A stretch of 64,000 nt of DNA from Clostridium sp. 26_22 (GCA_001916005.1 MNRP01000056.1:64182-128181); one strand, 5' to 3'; counted from the first letter of the stretch, positions 29,472 through 39,797 are shown. Program-made: numbers and translations. Notes: generated by a model not told the origin, from the sequence alone.

Positions 29472-31808
29472 TTAGTATCTTTTTTTCATTTGATCTAATG
29501 TTGAATTCATACTTGGTGTAAATCCATTACTTTGAATTTGTGGTGGAACATATGTTGATTTTTTAGCAGAACCTTTTGTAGAACCATATGTTGCTTTTCC
29601 TGAAACTACTGGATATACAATGTTTGATAGTTCTTGGAATATTTGTACTATATTTTTTGGATATCCTTTTATTGATATTTCACAATTTATTACACCTTCC
29701 AAATATTTTGCATAAACATCTTCATCAAATGGAATTGTTATATATCTTACTGTTGTTTTATCAAATAATTCTGTCATAAATGACATTGCTGGATCATTGT
29801 AATATGCCATTCCTCCAATTATAGTTTTGTCATTTATACCTCTTATTTTTACAGCTTTATTTAATATTACTCTTAATTTATTTTGGTCTAAAATATTTTT
29901 TGATTTTAGTTCTCTTAAAAATGCTGTTAATGGTTGAATTGTTAATACATCAAAGGTTTGTACTAGATATATTTCTTGTGTTTTTTGGAAATATTCCATT
30001 GGTGTATCAAAATCACAATCTATTAATACTAAAGAATGTTTTTTCAATAGTGTTTGTAAAATTGCTCCTGCATTTTCTATTCCTTCTGTTTCTGTTGGTA
30101 ATGATGTATATATAGTTAAGTTCTTACCAGCATTAATTCCTAGTGCATTTCCATTTAAAAGATTATTTACACAATTCATAGCTGTATTTCTTAATTCTTC
30201 TTCATTTTTTGTGTATATATAATATGAATTTCTATTTTTTGTTGTATCTAATATTGCTGTATCAATTCCCATAGATGATGTTATTTCTGCTAAGTTATTA
30301 ACTACAAAAGATGTACCATTTTTACTTGTTCCTATAAAACATGCTACTTTTTTGCTTGCTGTTAATAAACTAGATATGTCTATATCTTCATGTTGTTGAT
30401 ATGTGCTTTGGATTTGGTTCATATTATAATTTTGATAATAATTTTCTTGTTTTGGTGTTTCTGGTTGATTATATGTTTCTTCTTGTTTTTCATCATCATC
30501 TTCGAAACCAGGTAAAATATTGTTTTCTTCTGATTTCTCATCAAAGCCTGGTAAAATATTATCTTCTTTTGTTTTTTCTTCGAATCCTGGTAAAATATTT
30601 TCTTCTGGCTCATTATAATCTTCAAATCCTGGTAAGATTATTTTACTTTCCTCTTTTTGTTGAGAAATAGTTTGTGGTTCTTCTACACTCTCTTCAACCG
30701 GTACTACTTTTCTAGGTCTTCCTCTTCCTCTTTTTGGAGCTTGTACTTCTGTTTCTTCTGGAAGTGGATTTTTTCTAGGTCTTCCTCTTCTCTTTTTAGG
30801 TTCTTCTATTTCTGTATCAATTTCTTGAATAACTGGTGTTTCTTCTACCATTGGTAATTCTTCTATTTCTGGTTTTTGAGTTTGTGTTGTTTCTATTTCT
30901 GGCTCAAGTGGTTCAAATGTTGGTTCTGGTTCTACCTCTGGTTTTGATTTTGCAAACTTCTTTACTCCACTCATATTAACTGCTGATGGAATTACTACTG
31001 GTTTTGATAGTATTTTTTCTTTATCTGGATTTGTTAATAATTTAGAACTTGTGCCTTCTTCTTCTTTTCTTTTAACAATGCTTTGTGCTCTTAAATTGTC
31101 TGAAACTTTACTATTAAATGATATAATTTGTTGGTATTTTTCGGATTTTTCTTCTAATACCGCTCTTACATTTAATGGTAAGAATTTTGTTATTATTCTT
31201 AATTGAACATCATTATATTGTGATGCTATTCTATTAAAGCTTTCTACATATTTATCTTCATCTTTTCCTAATCTTTTATAATGAGCTAATATATTTTGAA
31301 TTTCTACTTCACTAACATCGTTTTCATTTTCAGATTGATATGTTACATCATCAGAATCAATTTTATAATATATTTTAGCTTCTTTTTTAGAACGTGGTTT
31401 GTTTAATAATTTGCAAACATTATCTACAGACCTATCGTTTCCTAACAAAGCATTGTAGATACCAATACCAAATAATTTTACTAACATAGATTCTGATTTT
31501 TCTCTTCTATCTGAACAAATTAGTATAATTGGAATATCCTCTCCTTTTAAATTTGAAGCCTCATCACTTATTCCATCTAATTTATCAAATATGAATTTAT
31601 CTATTTGGTCATATTGTGTATGTGTAAATGCCTCTAATTCCTCACTTATTACAATTCTGTCATAGTTTTTGTCTTTTTGTAATTCTTTTAATATTGCATT
31701 AAAGTAATAAACATTTTTGTATGAAATTATTTCTTTATATTCTCTTTGATATCTTTTTACTATTGATTCTGATATCTCCTCATTACTTACAGCAAATAAT
31801 ACTTTCAT
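29472..31808 (-). CDS. TadZ/CpaE-like protein: receiver-like N-domain, disordered AT-hook/ILPGFE linker, degenerate ParA/MinD-like C-domain
   Basis: N-terminus has a CheY-like alternation. aa 338-367 carry KKRRGRPRKNP and KRGRGRPRKV. aa 390-436 hold 4x ILPGF[ED]. C-domain has GTSKNGTS in place of Walker A and LVLIDCD as Walker B. Confidence 0.55.
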   Translation of the reverse strand: MKVLFAVSNEEISESIVKRYQREYKEIISYKNVYYFNAILKELQKDKNYDRIVISEELEAFTHTQYDQIDKFIFDKLDGISDEASNLKGEDIPIILICSDRREKSESMLVKLFGIGIYNALLGNDRSVDNVCKLLNKPRSKKEAKIYYKIDSDDVTYQSENENDVSEVEIQNILAHYKRLGKDEDKYVESFNRIASQYNDVQLRIITKFLPLNVRAVLEEKSEKYQQIISFNSKVSDNLRAQSIVKRKEEEGTSSKLLTNPDKEKILSKPVVIPSAVNMSGVKKFAKSKPEVEPEPTFEPLEPEIETTQTQKPEIEELPMVEETPVIQEIDTEIEEPKKRRGRPRKNPLPEETEVQAPKRGRGRPRKVVPVEESVEEPQTISQQKEESKIILPGFEDYNEPEENILPGFEEKTKEDNILPGFDEKSEENNILPGFEDDDEKQEETYNQPETPKQENYYQNYNMNQIQSTYQQHEDIDISSLLTASKKVACFIGTSKNGTSFVVNNLAEITSSMGIDTAILDTTKNRNSYYIYTKNEEELRNTAMNCVNNLLNGNALGINAGKNLTIYTSLPTETEGIENAGAILQTLLKKHSLVLIDCDFDTPMEYFQKTQEIYLVQTFDVLTIQPLTAFLRELKSKNILDQNKLRVILNKAVKIRGINDKTIIGGMAYYNDPAMSFMTELFDKTTVRYITIPFDEDVYAKYLEGVINCEISIKGYPKNIVQIFQELSNIVYPVVSGKATYGSTKGSAKKSTYVPPQIQSNGFTPSMNSTLDQMKKRY
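30501..30641 (-). repeat. In-frame tandem coding repeats (4x ILPGF[ED], period 13-14 codons)
   Basis: Recurring CCTGGTAA[AG]AT on the plus strand. The protein reads IILPGFEDYNEPEENILPGFEEKTKEDNILPGFDEKSEENNILPGFED. Confidence 0.8.
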
Positions 31809-31811
31809 TTG

Positions 31812-32219
31812 TTACCCCCTTCCAAACTTTACAAACACAGCGAATGCTAATGGTAAAACTTGGCATATTACTAATAATGTAACGAATGTTACTATTAGTC
31901 CCATTCCTTTCTCTAATGTATCTAATTTTCTAATACCAATTATGTATTGATGTATTGCTCCTATTGCTATTCCTAAAAAGCAAAATGGTATACTATATAT
32001 TCTAATTAAATTTAATATATATGCAACTAATCCATATGCTTCAGAGCCATATTTTTCTTGATAATCTTGTAATGATTTTGTTTGTGTTTCTTTTATTTGT
32101 ACAAGTTTACTTTCTGTTCCATTATCTATTGCAGCTTGTGTAGCATATACTTTAGTTGTGAATGTAAATAATGTTATTAATATAGCTACTATTGCAAATA
32201 TTGCAAATGTTTTCTTCAT
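31812..32219 (-). CDS. Secreted/membrane protein with signal peptide and two C-terminal TM helices
   Basis: MKKTFAIFAIVAILITLFTFTTKVYA signal peptide. RBS AAAGGGG before ATG 32219. Confidence 0.5.
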   Translation of the reverse strand: MKKTFAIFAIVAILITLFTFTTKVYATQAAIDNGTESKLVQIKETQTKSLQDYQEKYGSEAYGLVAYILNLIRIYSIPFCFLGIAIGAIHQYIIGIRKLDTLEKGMGLIVTFVTLLVICQVLPLAFAVFVKFGRG

Positions 32220-32326
32220 TTTTTTGCCCCTTTCTAACTTTCCTTTTTTAGTATATATTTTCTCTTTTTTATACTTATATATCATACAATAACTTTTTAA
32301 AAATAGCAAGAAATTTTGCAAAAATT

Positions 32327-33553
32327 TTACAATTTGTTATATAAATATTGCATATGTGAGTAAACTGCATTTGCCCAATTAGAATCACTTGCATATTTTT
32401 TATTAATGCCACTTAAATTTGAACCATTATAATATGTTCCAACAGCTTTTTCTCCACCATATATGCTTGTCCCTTTTGGATTTATATAATATTTTACAAA
32501 TACTCTTGAAATTAAATCTATGCTTTCTGAATAATTTGAAAAATTATATGCTCCATTATATGGGTTTGAATCATATGCTCCATAACCAAATAAGTTATTT
32601 TTTTGAAGTGCAATTTTAGATGTTCCCCATGCACTTTCATGAATTCCTACTGCTGCCACAAATACACCATTTATGTTGTATTGTTTTTCTATATAATAAA
32701 AATATTCTGAATTATTTGTAAAAATTTTATTTTTATCTTTTGAGTCATTTAATATTTTTTTAAATTGCTCTAAGCTTAACCCACTTGGCTTATTTAATGC
32801 CATATTAAAACTTAAATTTGAATTTAATTCTTGTTTTGTTTTTGTACTTTCTTTTGTCTCATTTTCTTCTTTTGAATTTATATATGTAGTACATTCATTT
32901 TTTACCCATCCTGTCATATTTTGGTATGATACCTCATACCAGTTTTGAGTAATTTTTAATATTTTTAAATTATCATTTCTTTTTAATGTTGTAATTCTTC
33001 GACTTTCTTCAGAATTTGTTTCCATTAAACCTAACTCATCTGAAGTTACATACACTGTATCTCCTGCTTTTACTTTGTAACTACTTGAATATGAAGCACC
33101 ACCTATTTCTATTATTTTATTATAGGATGCTTTAATTACACTTGCTCCAACTTGCTCCTCTGAAAGTAATTCTCCATCTTTGTATGTACTTTTTATTGTT
33201 ATATTTTGTGTTCCTTGTCTTCCTTCTTGTACTACATAAGATACTCCTTTAGGAAGTGTTTTATTTGTTCTATATTCTGTTAAATATTCTAATACTTCTT
33301 CTTTTTGTGTTATTTGTACTGTTTGTCCATTGCCAGTATTAGTATTTATTACTTCATCAATATCTATTTTGTTAGCATTGCTAATTCTTGTTTCTTCTGG
33401 ATTTGTATCTGTTTCTTTTGCATATGATTTGTTAATTGGAAAATATATGTTATAGAACATAAACATATATAACAAGATAAAAAAAGCAAATGCTGAAAAT
33501 ATAATTGTTTTTAATGTTATTTTTACTTTTTTATTTTTTTCTTTTGATTTCAT
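32327..33553 (-). CDS. Cell-wall hydrolase: TM anchor, G5-like, SH3b-like and GH73 N-acetylglucosaminidase domains
   Basis: YVVQEGRQGTQNITIKSTYKDGE (G5-like), NWYEVSYQNMTGWV (SH3b-like), AAVGIHESAWGTSKIALQKNNLFGYGAYD (glucosaminidase). Confidence 0.75.
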   Translation of the reverse strand: MKSKEKNKKVKITLKTIIFSAFAFFILLYMFMFYNIYFPINKSYAKETDTNPEETRISNANKIDIDEVINTNTGNGQTVQITQKEEVLEYLTEYRTNKTLPKGVSYVVQEGRQGTQNITIKSTYKDGELLSEEQVGASVIKASYNKIIEIGGASYSSSYKVKAGDTVYVTSDELGLMETNSEESRRITTLKRNDNLKILKITQNWYEVSYQNMTGWVKNECTTYINSKEENETKESTKTKQELNSNLSFNMALNKPSGLSLEQFKKILNDSKDKNKIFTNNSEYFYYIEKQYNINGVFVAAVGIHESAWGTSKIALQKNNLFGYGAYDSNPYNGAYNFSNYSESIDLISRVFVKYYINPKGTSIYGGEKAVGTYYNGSNLSGINKKYASDSNWANAVYSHMQYLYNKL

Positions 33554-33642
33554 AAAATCACCTAATTATATTTTAATATTTATGATTATTTTTGTCAACA
33601 AACTTCATATGTTTTAATATATTTAATTATGGAGGTATTTTT

Positions 33643-34167
33643 ATGAAAGTTTCAATTAAAAATTTTCAGATTTTTAGTGCTATTTTTGTTATGATTCTAG
33701 GTACTTTACTACATTTTACATATGAATGGTCTGAAGGAAATTTACTTGTTGCAAGTTTTAGTGCTGTTAATGAAAGCACTTGGGAACATTTAAAGCTTTT
33801 GTTTTACCCTATGCTTTTAACTACTATTATTGGTTATTTTTATTTTGGTAAGAATAAGCATAATTTTTTATGTGCTAATGCTATTGGAATTTTAACTGCA
33901 ATTTCTTTTACTACTGTGTTTTTTTATACTTATACTGGTATAATTGGAACTAATTTTGCTTTTTTAGATATTGGTAGTTTTTTTGTTGCTGTTATTTTAG
34001 GAGAGTTTATTACTTATAGATTATTACTTACTAATTTTGTTTGTAATAAAAGATTTGCTTTTATTGTTTTAGTTGTCTTACTTTTGTGTTTTGTTTTGTT
34101 TACTTATGCACCACCAGAAATAGGATTATTCAGAGACCCTATTAGTAATGGTTTTGGTATACAGTAA
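33643..34167 (+). CDS. Polytopic membrane protein
   Basis: ATG after GGAGGT; 5 TM helices; HFTYEWSEGN / NESTWEHLKLLFYP segments. Confidence 0.5.
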   Translation: MKVSIKNFQIFSAIFVMILGTLLHFTYEWSEGNLLVASFSAVNESTWEHLKLLFYPMLLTTIIGYFYFGKNKHNFLCANAIGILTAISFTTVFFYTYTGIIGTNFAFLDIGSFFVAVILGEFITYRLLLTNFVCNKRFAFIVLVVLLLCFVLFTYAPPEIGLFRDPISNGFGIQ

Positions 34168-34194
34168 TCTTATATTGTTATTAATAACACGATT

Positions 34195-34236
34195 AAAACC
34201 TGAGTGAAAATTTTCACTCAGGTTTTCGTTTTTTTA
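34195..34236. terminator. Bidirectional terminator
   Basis: AAAACCTGAGTGAAAA/TTTTCACTCAGGTTTT perfect 16 bp palindrome followed by a T-run. Confidence 0.65.
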
Positions 34237-34240
34237 TTTA

Positions 34241-34555
34241 CTAAGCTTTAATTTCTGTCATTAGTCTTTCCGTTTCTTTCATCATTTCTTCTAACTTTAT
34301 TCTTTTCTTTTTATTAAGTCTTTTTTCAGAACTTAAAATTTCTCCTAGTTGTAACAACTCTTTTCCTAAACCTGCTATTTTTGTTGAATAAATTTCTATT
34401 TTCTTCTTATCACCCGAAAAATAAAGTTTATATCTTTTTTGATGAATATCTTTTAAGTGATTAAACCCAATTTCAAATATATTATAACTTTTATTATACC
34501 ATATTTTTATGTAAAATGCTAGTGTTTTTTCACGTTTTATAGTATTATTCAACAA
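34241..34555 (-). CDS. Hypothetical protein, 104 aa
   Basis: ORF only. Confidence 0.35.
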   Translation of the reverse strand: MLNNTIKREKTLAFYIKIWYNKSYNIFEIGFNHLKDIHQKRYKLYFSGDKKKIEIYSTKIAGLGKELLQLGEILSSEKRLNKKKRIKLEEMMKETERLMTEIKA

Positions 34556-34592
34556 TATGCCCCCATAGTCTTAATGTACTTGGGGGCTTTTC

Positions 34593-35183
34593 TTATTTAC
34601 AATTATTCATATAAAATTTTTTATCTGCTAATTTGTCTTGAACTCCTCTTAGAGCTTCACCAAATCTTTGGAAGTGTACTACTTCTCTTTCTCTTAAATA
34701 TCTTAATGGATCTATTACATCTGGATTGTCTCTACATAAGTCTATTAATTTTTCATACGTAGCACGTGCTTTTTGTTCGGCTGCTAAATCTTCTTGTAAG
34801 TTTGCTATTGGGTCTCCTTTACAAGCTAAGCAGTTTGCACTAAATGGAACTCCTGCTGCAGATTGTGGATATACATCTACTCCATGGTCTGTATAGTAAG
34901 CTCCTAATCCTGCTTTTTCTATTTCTTCTATTGATGCTCCTCTTGTTAATTGGTGTACTATTGTTCCTACCATTTCTAGGTGGGCTAATTCTTCTGTTCC
35001 TATATCATTTAAAATTGCTTTAGCATTTTGGTCTGGCATCCCAAATCTTTGTGATAAATATCTTAAAGATGCTGCTAATTCTCCATCCGGACCACCATAT
35101 TGAGATATTATGACTTTAGCAAGTCTTGGGTCTGGACATTTTATATTAATTGGGTATTGTAAAGTTTTATTATAAGTCCACAT
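34593..35183 (-). CDS. cotJC: Spore coat protein CotJC (manganese catalase family)
   Basis: YGGPDGELAASLRYLSQRF, EELAHLEMV motifs. TAATG coupling to cotJB. Confidence 0.9.
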   Translation of the reverse strand: MWTYNKTLQYPINIKCPDPRLAKVIISQYGGPDGELAASLRYLSQRFGMPDQNAKAILNDIGTEELAHLEMVGTIVHQLTRGASIEEIEKAGLGAYYTDHGVDVYPQSAAGVPFSANCLACKGDPIANLQEDLAAEQKARATYEKLIDLCRDNPDVIDPLRYLREREVVHFQRFGEALRGVQDKLADKKFYMNNCK

Positions 35184-35527
35184 TAGCACATTCCTCCTTC
35201 CCAAGGCCATGGTTCTTCAAGCCATCTCCATTTATTACATGGGTAATTTATTGTTAATGGTCCATAAACCTTTTGATATTTATCTTTTAAATCTTTTGCT
35301 TGTTTGCAGTATTTTCTATGCAAGCATAATGCTTTATCATCTTGAGGATGTGTGTCTAAGTATAATGCCAATTCAGTTATTGCAAAATCACAACATCTAA
35401 TTTGTTGTAACATTTCTTCTTTTTCGCAACAATCTATGATTCTTCCTTCTGCATTCATCATATTAGAAGTCATGCTATCATTCATATTATCATTACATCC
35501 GCAATTTCTATTTTCTTCTATTGACAT
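35183..35527 (-). CDS. cotJB: Spore coat protein CotJB with Cys/Asn-rich N-terminal extension
   Basis: DFAITELALYLDTHPQD core motif. Confidence 0.8.
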   Translation of the reverse strand: MSIEENRNCGCNDNMNDSMTSNMMNAEGRIIDCCEKEEMLQQIRCCDFAITELALYLDTHPQDDKALCLHRKYCKQAKDLKDKYQKVYGPLTINYPCNKWRWLEEPWPWEGGMC

Positions 35528-35901
35528 TTGTTACATCCCTCCTTTATTGTATTTGTTGCTGCTATATAATCTATTTCACGCATAGATTGACATGGCATAT
35601 ATGGGCTAACTAATTCTGGAAATATTGTTCCCATTTTTAACCCTACACATGGTTTGAATGTTTTATCCATATATTGAATTGGTACATAACTTTGACCTAA
35701 CATTGGATTTTCTGGAAAAACATTATATTCTTCATCAAATCCACATTCGCAGCAATCTGTATATTGATTTTGATTGCAAGTTGAATACATATTGTTTCCA
35801 ACGTTTGAACATTGGTCTTCTATAATATCACTGTTTGCATTGCATGAATCGTTGTTATATTCATTGTTCATACAATAACATTTTTTGTATCTTCCAAGCA
35901 T
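35518..35901 (-). CDS. cotJA: Spore coat-associated protein CotJA with long Cys/Asn-rich N-terminal extension
   Basis: C-terminal LGQSYVPIQ...GTIFPELVSPY matches the CotJA motif. ATG 35901 preceded by AGGAGG. Confidence 0.7.
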   Translation of the reverse strand: MLGRYKKCYCMNNEYNNDSCNANSDIIEDQCSNVGNNMYSTCNQNQYTDCCECGFDEEYNVFPENPMLGQSYVPIQYMDKTFKPCVGLKMGTIFPELVSPYMPCQSMREIDYIAATNTIKEGCNKCQ

Positions 35902-36013
35902 CTTTCTTTCCTCCTTTAGTTTTATTATATGAGCTTTTTCGACATTTGTTACCATACAAAAAAAGAATTAGCAAATTTCTTTACTAATCCTTTTTTACTT
36001 TATTTTTATAATC

Positions 36014-37447
36014 CTAGATTTTTACAACTCCACCGATTATTTTGCTTTCTGCATTGTTTTCTAACATTTTAGATCCACTAGCTAATACAACTGTATCTCC
36101 TTTTTCTAGTATTTCTTTATCTTGTAATTTTTTAAGACCAGCTTCTACTGTTTTATCAATAGTCTCTTGTTTCTCAACTAATACTGGTGTTACGTTCCAT
36201 GCTAAAGCTAATTGGTTGAATGTTCTTCTATTATCTGTTATAGCTAATATTGGGCATCCAGCTCCCATTCCAGCTAATCTTCTAGCTGAATCTCCAGAGT
36301 TTGTGTAGCATACGATTGCATCTGCTTTTATGTTTTTAGCGATTACACATGCTGAGTATGAAATGTTTGATTCTAAATCATCTAATTTAACATTTTCATT
36401 TTCATCAAATCTCTTCCAGTAATTGATTGTTGGTTCTACTCTGTTAGCTATTTTAACCATTGTTTTAACACATTCAACTGGGTAGTCACCTTGAGCACAT
36501 TCTCCAGATAACATTATTGCACTTGTTCTATCATAGATAGCATTTGCAACGTCACTAGCTTCTGCTCTTGTTGGTAATGGTTGGTGTGTCATTGATTCTA
36601 ACATTTGTGTTGCTGTTATAGCTGGTTTACAAATTTCGTTAGATATTTTGATTATTTTCTTTTGAACTACTGGTGGTTCTGTGAAGTCTGTTTCTGTAGC
36701 CATGTCTCCTCTAGCTATCATTTGTCCATCAGCTTCGTTTAATATATCTTCTAAGTTTGATAGACCTTCAACGTTTTCTATTTTTGTTATTATTTGGATG
36801 TCTTTTCCACCATTTTCATCTAATACTTTTCTTACTTGTCTGATATCATCTAAGTTTCTTGCAAATGATATTGCAACGAAATCATAATCATGTTCACAAG
36901 CTGTTTTTAAGTCAGCTATATCTTTTTCAGCTAAACCTGGTAATCTTATTACTGTTCCTGGTAAGTTCATTGTTTTTCTGCTTCCTAAACCGTTTCCATG
37001 AACTACTGTACAAACTATATCTTTTCCTACAACTTCATCAACTTTTAATTCGATTGCTCCGTCATCTATTAATATTTTTGTTCCAGGTTGTACATCTTTG
37101 TATAATTCTTTATATGTTACAGAAACTTTTTCTTCGTTTCCTTCAATATCATCATTTACTAATGTAAATTTTTGTCCATCCTTTAATTGGATTTTTGTGT
37201 TTTTTCCTGTATATAACATTCCTGTTCTTATTTCTGGACCTTTCATGTCTAGAAGTAACGCAACTGGTATGTCCATTTCTTTTCTTAATCTACAAATTGT
37301 TTCTGTTTTTTCTGATTGTTCATCCCAACTTCCATGTGAGTAATTTACTCTTGTTACGTTTAATCCAGCATTAAATAATTCTTCTAATCTGTTTTCACTT
37401 GCTGGTCCTATTGTTCCAACTATTTTTGTTTTTCTTAATGATTTCAT
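36014..37447 (-). CDS. pyk: Pyruvate kinase
   Basis: KIVGTIGPAS, NxSHG, MIARGDM, MLSGE motifs; 477 aa. Confidence 0.95.
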   Translation of the reverse strand: MKSLRKTKIVGTIGPASENRLEELFNAGLNVTRVNYSHGSWDEQSEKTETICRLRKEMDIPVALLLDMKGPEIRTGMLYTGKNTKIQLKDGQKFTLVNDDIEGNEEKVSVTYKELYKDVQPGTKILIDDGAIELKVDEVVGKDIVCTVVHGNGLGSRKTMNLPGTVIRLPGLAEKDIADLKTACEHDYDFVAISFARNLDDIRQVRKVLDENGGKDIQIITKIENVEGLSNLEDILNEADGQMIARGDMATETDFTEPPVVQKKIIKISNEICKPAITATQMLESMTHQPLPTRAEASDVANAIYDRTSAIMLSGECAQGDYPVECVKTMVKIANRVEPTINYWKRFDENENVKLDDLESNISYSACVIAKNIKADAIVCYTNSGDSARRLAGMGAGCPILAITDNRRTFNQLALAWNVTPVLVEKQETIDKTVEAGLKKLQDKEILEKGDTVVLASGSKMLENNAESKIIGGVVKI

Positions 37448-37540
37448 TTTTATTCCTCCCTTTTTTTAAAACCGGCTTTTATTATATCACAATTAAACCG
37501 CATTTTTCAACTATTTTTTTAAAATTTTGTAAATTTTTCC

Positions 37541-38260
37541 TTATTTTAAAATAATAATAGCATGAACTACACTACAATCCTCATTAAATATTGTAACTAT
37601 ATTCTCGCCATTTATACAACTATATTTGCATTTGATAGTTTCTCCAAATTTTATTTCTTTTTTATATTCGATTCTAACGTTGTCAAATGGTCTTTTTTCA
37701 TATACTTCTTGTGGTAATGCTTCATATGCTAAGTCTAAATAATATAAATTATGCATATGACCATTTAAGTCTATATCTCTTCTGGCTACTTTGTATATAT
37801 ATTCTGATTCAAATTTTTCAGGCACTTTTAATTTTGTTAATTCCTCATCAAATACACTTTTTTCCTCAGGTTCATAATCTTCTATTAATTGTTCATCTAA
37901 TCTAACGATTCTATTTGTATTGATATCAACAAGAACCCATTTTGAAGTTCCTATTACACATAAATTATTTTCTTTATCTCTAATTTCAAAATCTCTGTAT
38001 GTAAATGCTTTTTTCATGCATCTTCCCCATGTACACACATTTAAATTTTGACCATATTTTGGTCTTTTTATAACTTTAAATTTCCAATCTAATAATACCC
38101 AGCTTGAACCTGTTTTTTCTATATTATTAGGTCCATGCCCTAAACTGTCTGAATGATATGTTGCAACATTTTCAAACATTTCTAAGATTGCTCTATTTTT
38201 TATAAATCCATTTTTTCCAAAATCTTTTAATTGTATTTTTACATCTTCTTTATAAAACAT
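37541..38260 (-). CDS. Acyl-ACP thioesterase
   Basis: Double hot-dog length (239 aa) with an acyl-ACP thioesterase-like pattern (NRAILEMFENVATYHS, DLNGHMHN). Confidence 0.7.
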   Translation of the reverse strand: MFYKEDVKIQLKDFGKNGFIKNRAILEMFENVATYHSDSLGHGPNNIEKTGSSWVLLDWKFKVIKRPKYGQNLNVCTWGRCMKKAFTYRDFEIRDKENNLCVIGTSKWVLVDINTNRIVRLDEQLIEDYEPEEKSVFDEELTKLKVPEKFESEYIYKVARRDIDLNGHMHNLYYLDLAYEALPQEVYEKRPFDNVRIEYKKEIKFGETIKCKYSCINGENIVTIFNEDCSVVHAIIILK

Positions 38261-38311
38261 TTTTCATACTCCTTTAAAAAAGTTGCCAAATTTTATTTGA
38301 CAACTTTTATT

Positions 38312-39619
38312 TTAATAGCCTGGTTTTTTTAATAGTTTGAACATATTCTTTTTATATTCTTCTACTCCTGGTTGATTAAATGGATTTACTCCTAAAATCA
38401 TTCCAGACATTGCACATGATTTTTCAAAGAAATATATTAATTCTCCCATATTTTCTTCGTCTAGTTTTTCTATATTTATTACAATGTTAGGTACATCTCC
38501 TGATACGTGAGCTTTTATTGTTCCTTCCATCGCTTTTTTATTTACATAGTCTAGGCCTTTTCCGGCTAAATAATTTAATCCATCTAAATTGTCTTCATCT
38601 TTATTTATTATAATGTCTGTTGCAGAATTTTCTATTGAAATTACTGTTTCAAATAAGTTTCTTCTACCTTCTTGTATATATTGTCCCATAGAATGTAAAT
38701 CTGTTGTGAAGTCTACTCCTGCTGGGAATATTCCTTTTTGTTCTTTTCCTTCGCTTTCTCCATATAGTTGTTTCCACCATTCTGTGAAATAGTGCATTTT
38801 AGGTTCATAGTTTACTAATATTTCTGTGTTTTTGTATAATTTGTATAAAATATTTCTTACTACTGCATATTTATAACATTCATTATATTTTAAGTTTGAG
38901 TCATTATATCTTTCTTGCGCTGTTTGAGCACCTGCCATTAATTTGTCTATATCAATTCCAGCTGTTGCTATTGGTAATAATCCTACTGGTGTTAATACTG
39001 AATATCTTCCTCCAACATTATCTGGTATGACAAACTTTTCATAACCTTCGTTGTCTGCTAATGTTTTTAATGCTCCTCTTTCTTTGTCTGTTGTTACATA
39101 TATTCTACTTCTCGCTTCTTCTATTCCATATTTGTTTTCTAGCATTTCTCTAAAAATTCTAAAGGCTATTGCTGGTTCTGTTGTTGTTCCTGATTTTGAT
39201 ATTACATTAACTGAAAAATCTTTGTCCCCTATATATTCTATTAATTCATTTATGTAGTTTGGACTTAAATTGTTTCCTACATATAATATTTGTGGGTATT
39301 TTCTTTGTTTGTCTGTTAACATATTTTGGAATGAACTTGTTAATGCTTCAATTACAGCTCTTGCGCCTAAGTATGATCCACCTATTCCTATTACTACTAA
39401 TATGTCTGATTCTTTTTTTATTTTTTTTGCAGCTTTTTTTATTCTGCTAAATTCTTTTTTATCATAATTTGTTGGTAATTCAATCCATCCAACAAAGTCT
39501 TTTTCATCATTTGCTCTTCTATGTAAGTCTTTGTGTATGTTTTCTACTTGTTCTTTGTATTCTAATATTGTTTTTTCTGTTATTCCACTATTTTTTAAAT
39601 TTAATTTTATTCCTGACAT
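38312..39619 (-). CDS. pgi: Glucose-6-phosphate isomerase (Firmicute short type)
   Basis: [30 protein letters not shown] motifs. Confidence 0.95.
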   Translation of the reverse strand: MSGIKLNLKNSGITEKTILEYKEQVENIHKDLHRRANDEKDFVGWIELPTNYDKKEFSRIKKAAKKIKKESDILVVIGIGGSYLGARAVIEALTSSFQNMLTDKQRKYPQILYVGNNLSPNYINELIEYIGDKDFSVNVISKSGTTTEPAIAFRIFREMLENKYGIEEARSRIYVTTDKERGALKTLADNEGYEKFVIPDNVGGRYSVLTPVGLLPIATAGIDIDKLMAGAQTAQERYNDSNLKYNECYKYAVVRNILYKLYKNTEILVNYEPKMHYFTEWWKQLYGESEGKEQKGIFPAGVDFTTDLHSMGQYIQEGRRNLFETVISIENSATDIIINKDEDNLDGLNYLAGKGLDYVNKKAMEGTIKAHVSGDVPNIVINIEKLDEENMGELIYFFEKSCAMSGMILGVNPFNQPGVEEYKKNMFKLLKKPGY

Positions 39620-39797
39620 TTTTATCAACTCTCTTTCGTTTTTTGTTAATTATATACAAGACAAAAATCAAATTCAATAGTTTTTTATAAAAATTTTTAT
39701 TTTTCAGTAACCAATTTTCTGTTTTTTCATAATATGTATTATACAAAGGAACAACAAAAGAAAGAAAAAACTCATTTGTTGAAAGGGGGTCTAGACT

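Noticed and set aside
30401-30857. Regularly spaced short DNA repeats that could superficially resemble a mini CRISPR array or satellite.
   Set aside because: The repeats are in-frame coding repeats (ILPGF[ED] and RGRPRK) within a long intact minus-strand ORF. The period is 39-42 nt with no spacer/repeat architecture. The overlapping ORFs 30401..30670, 30419..30625 and 30657..30857 are frame artefacts.
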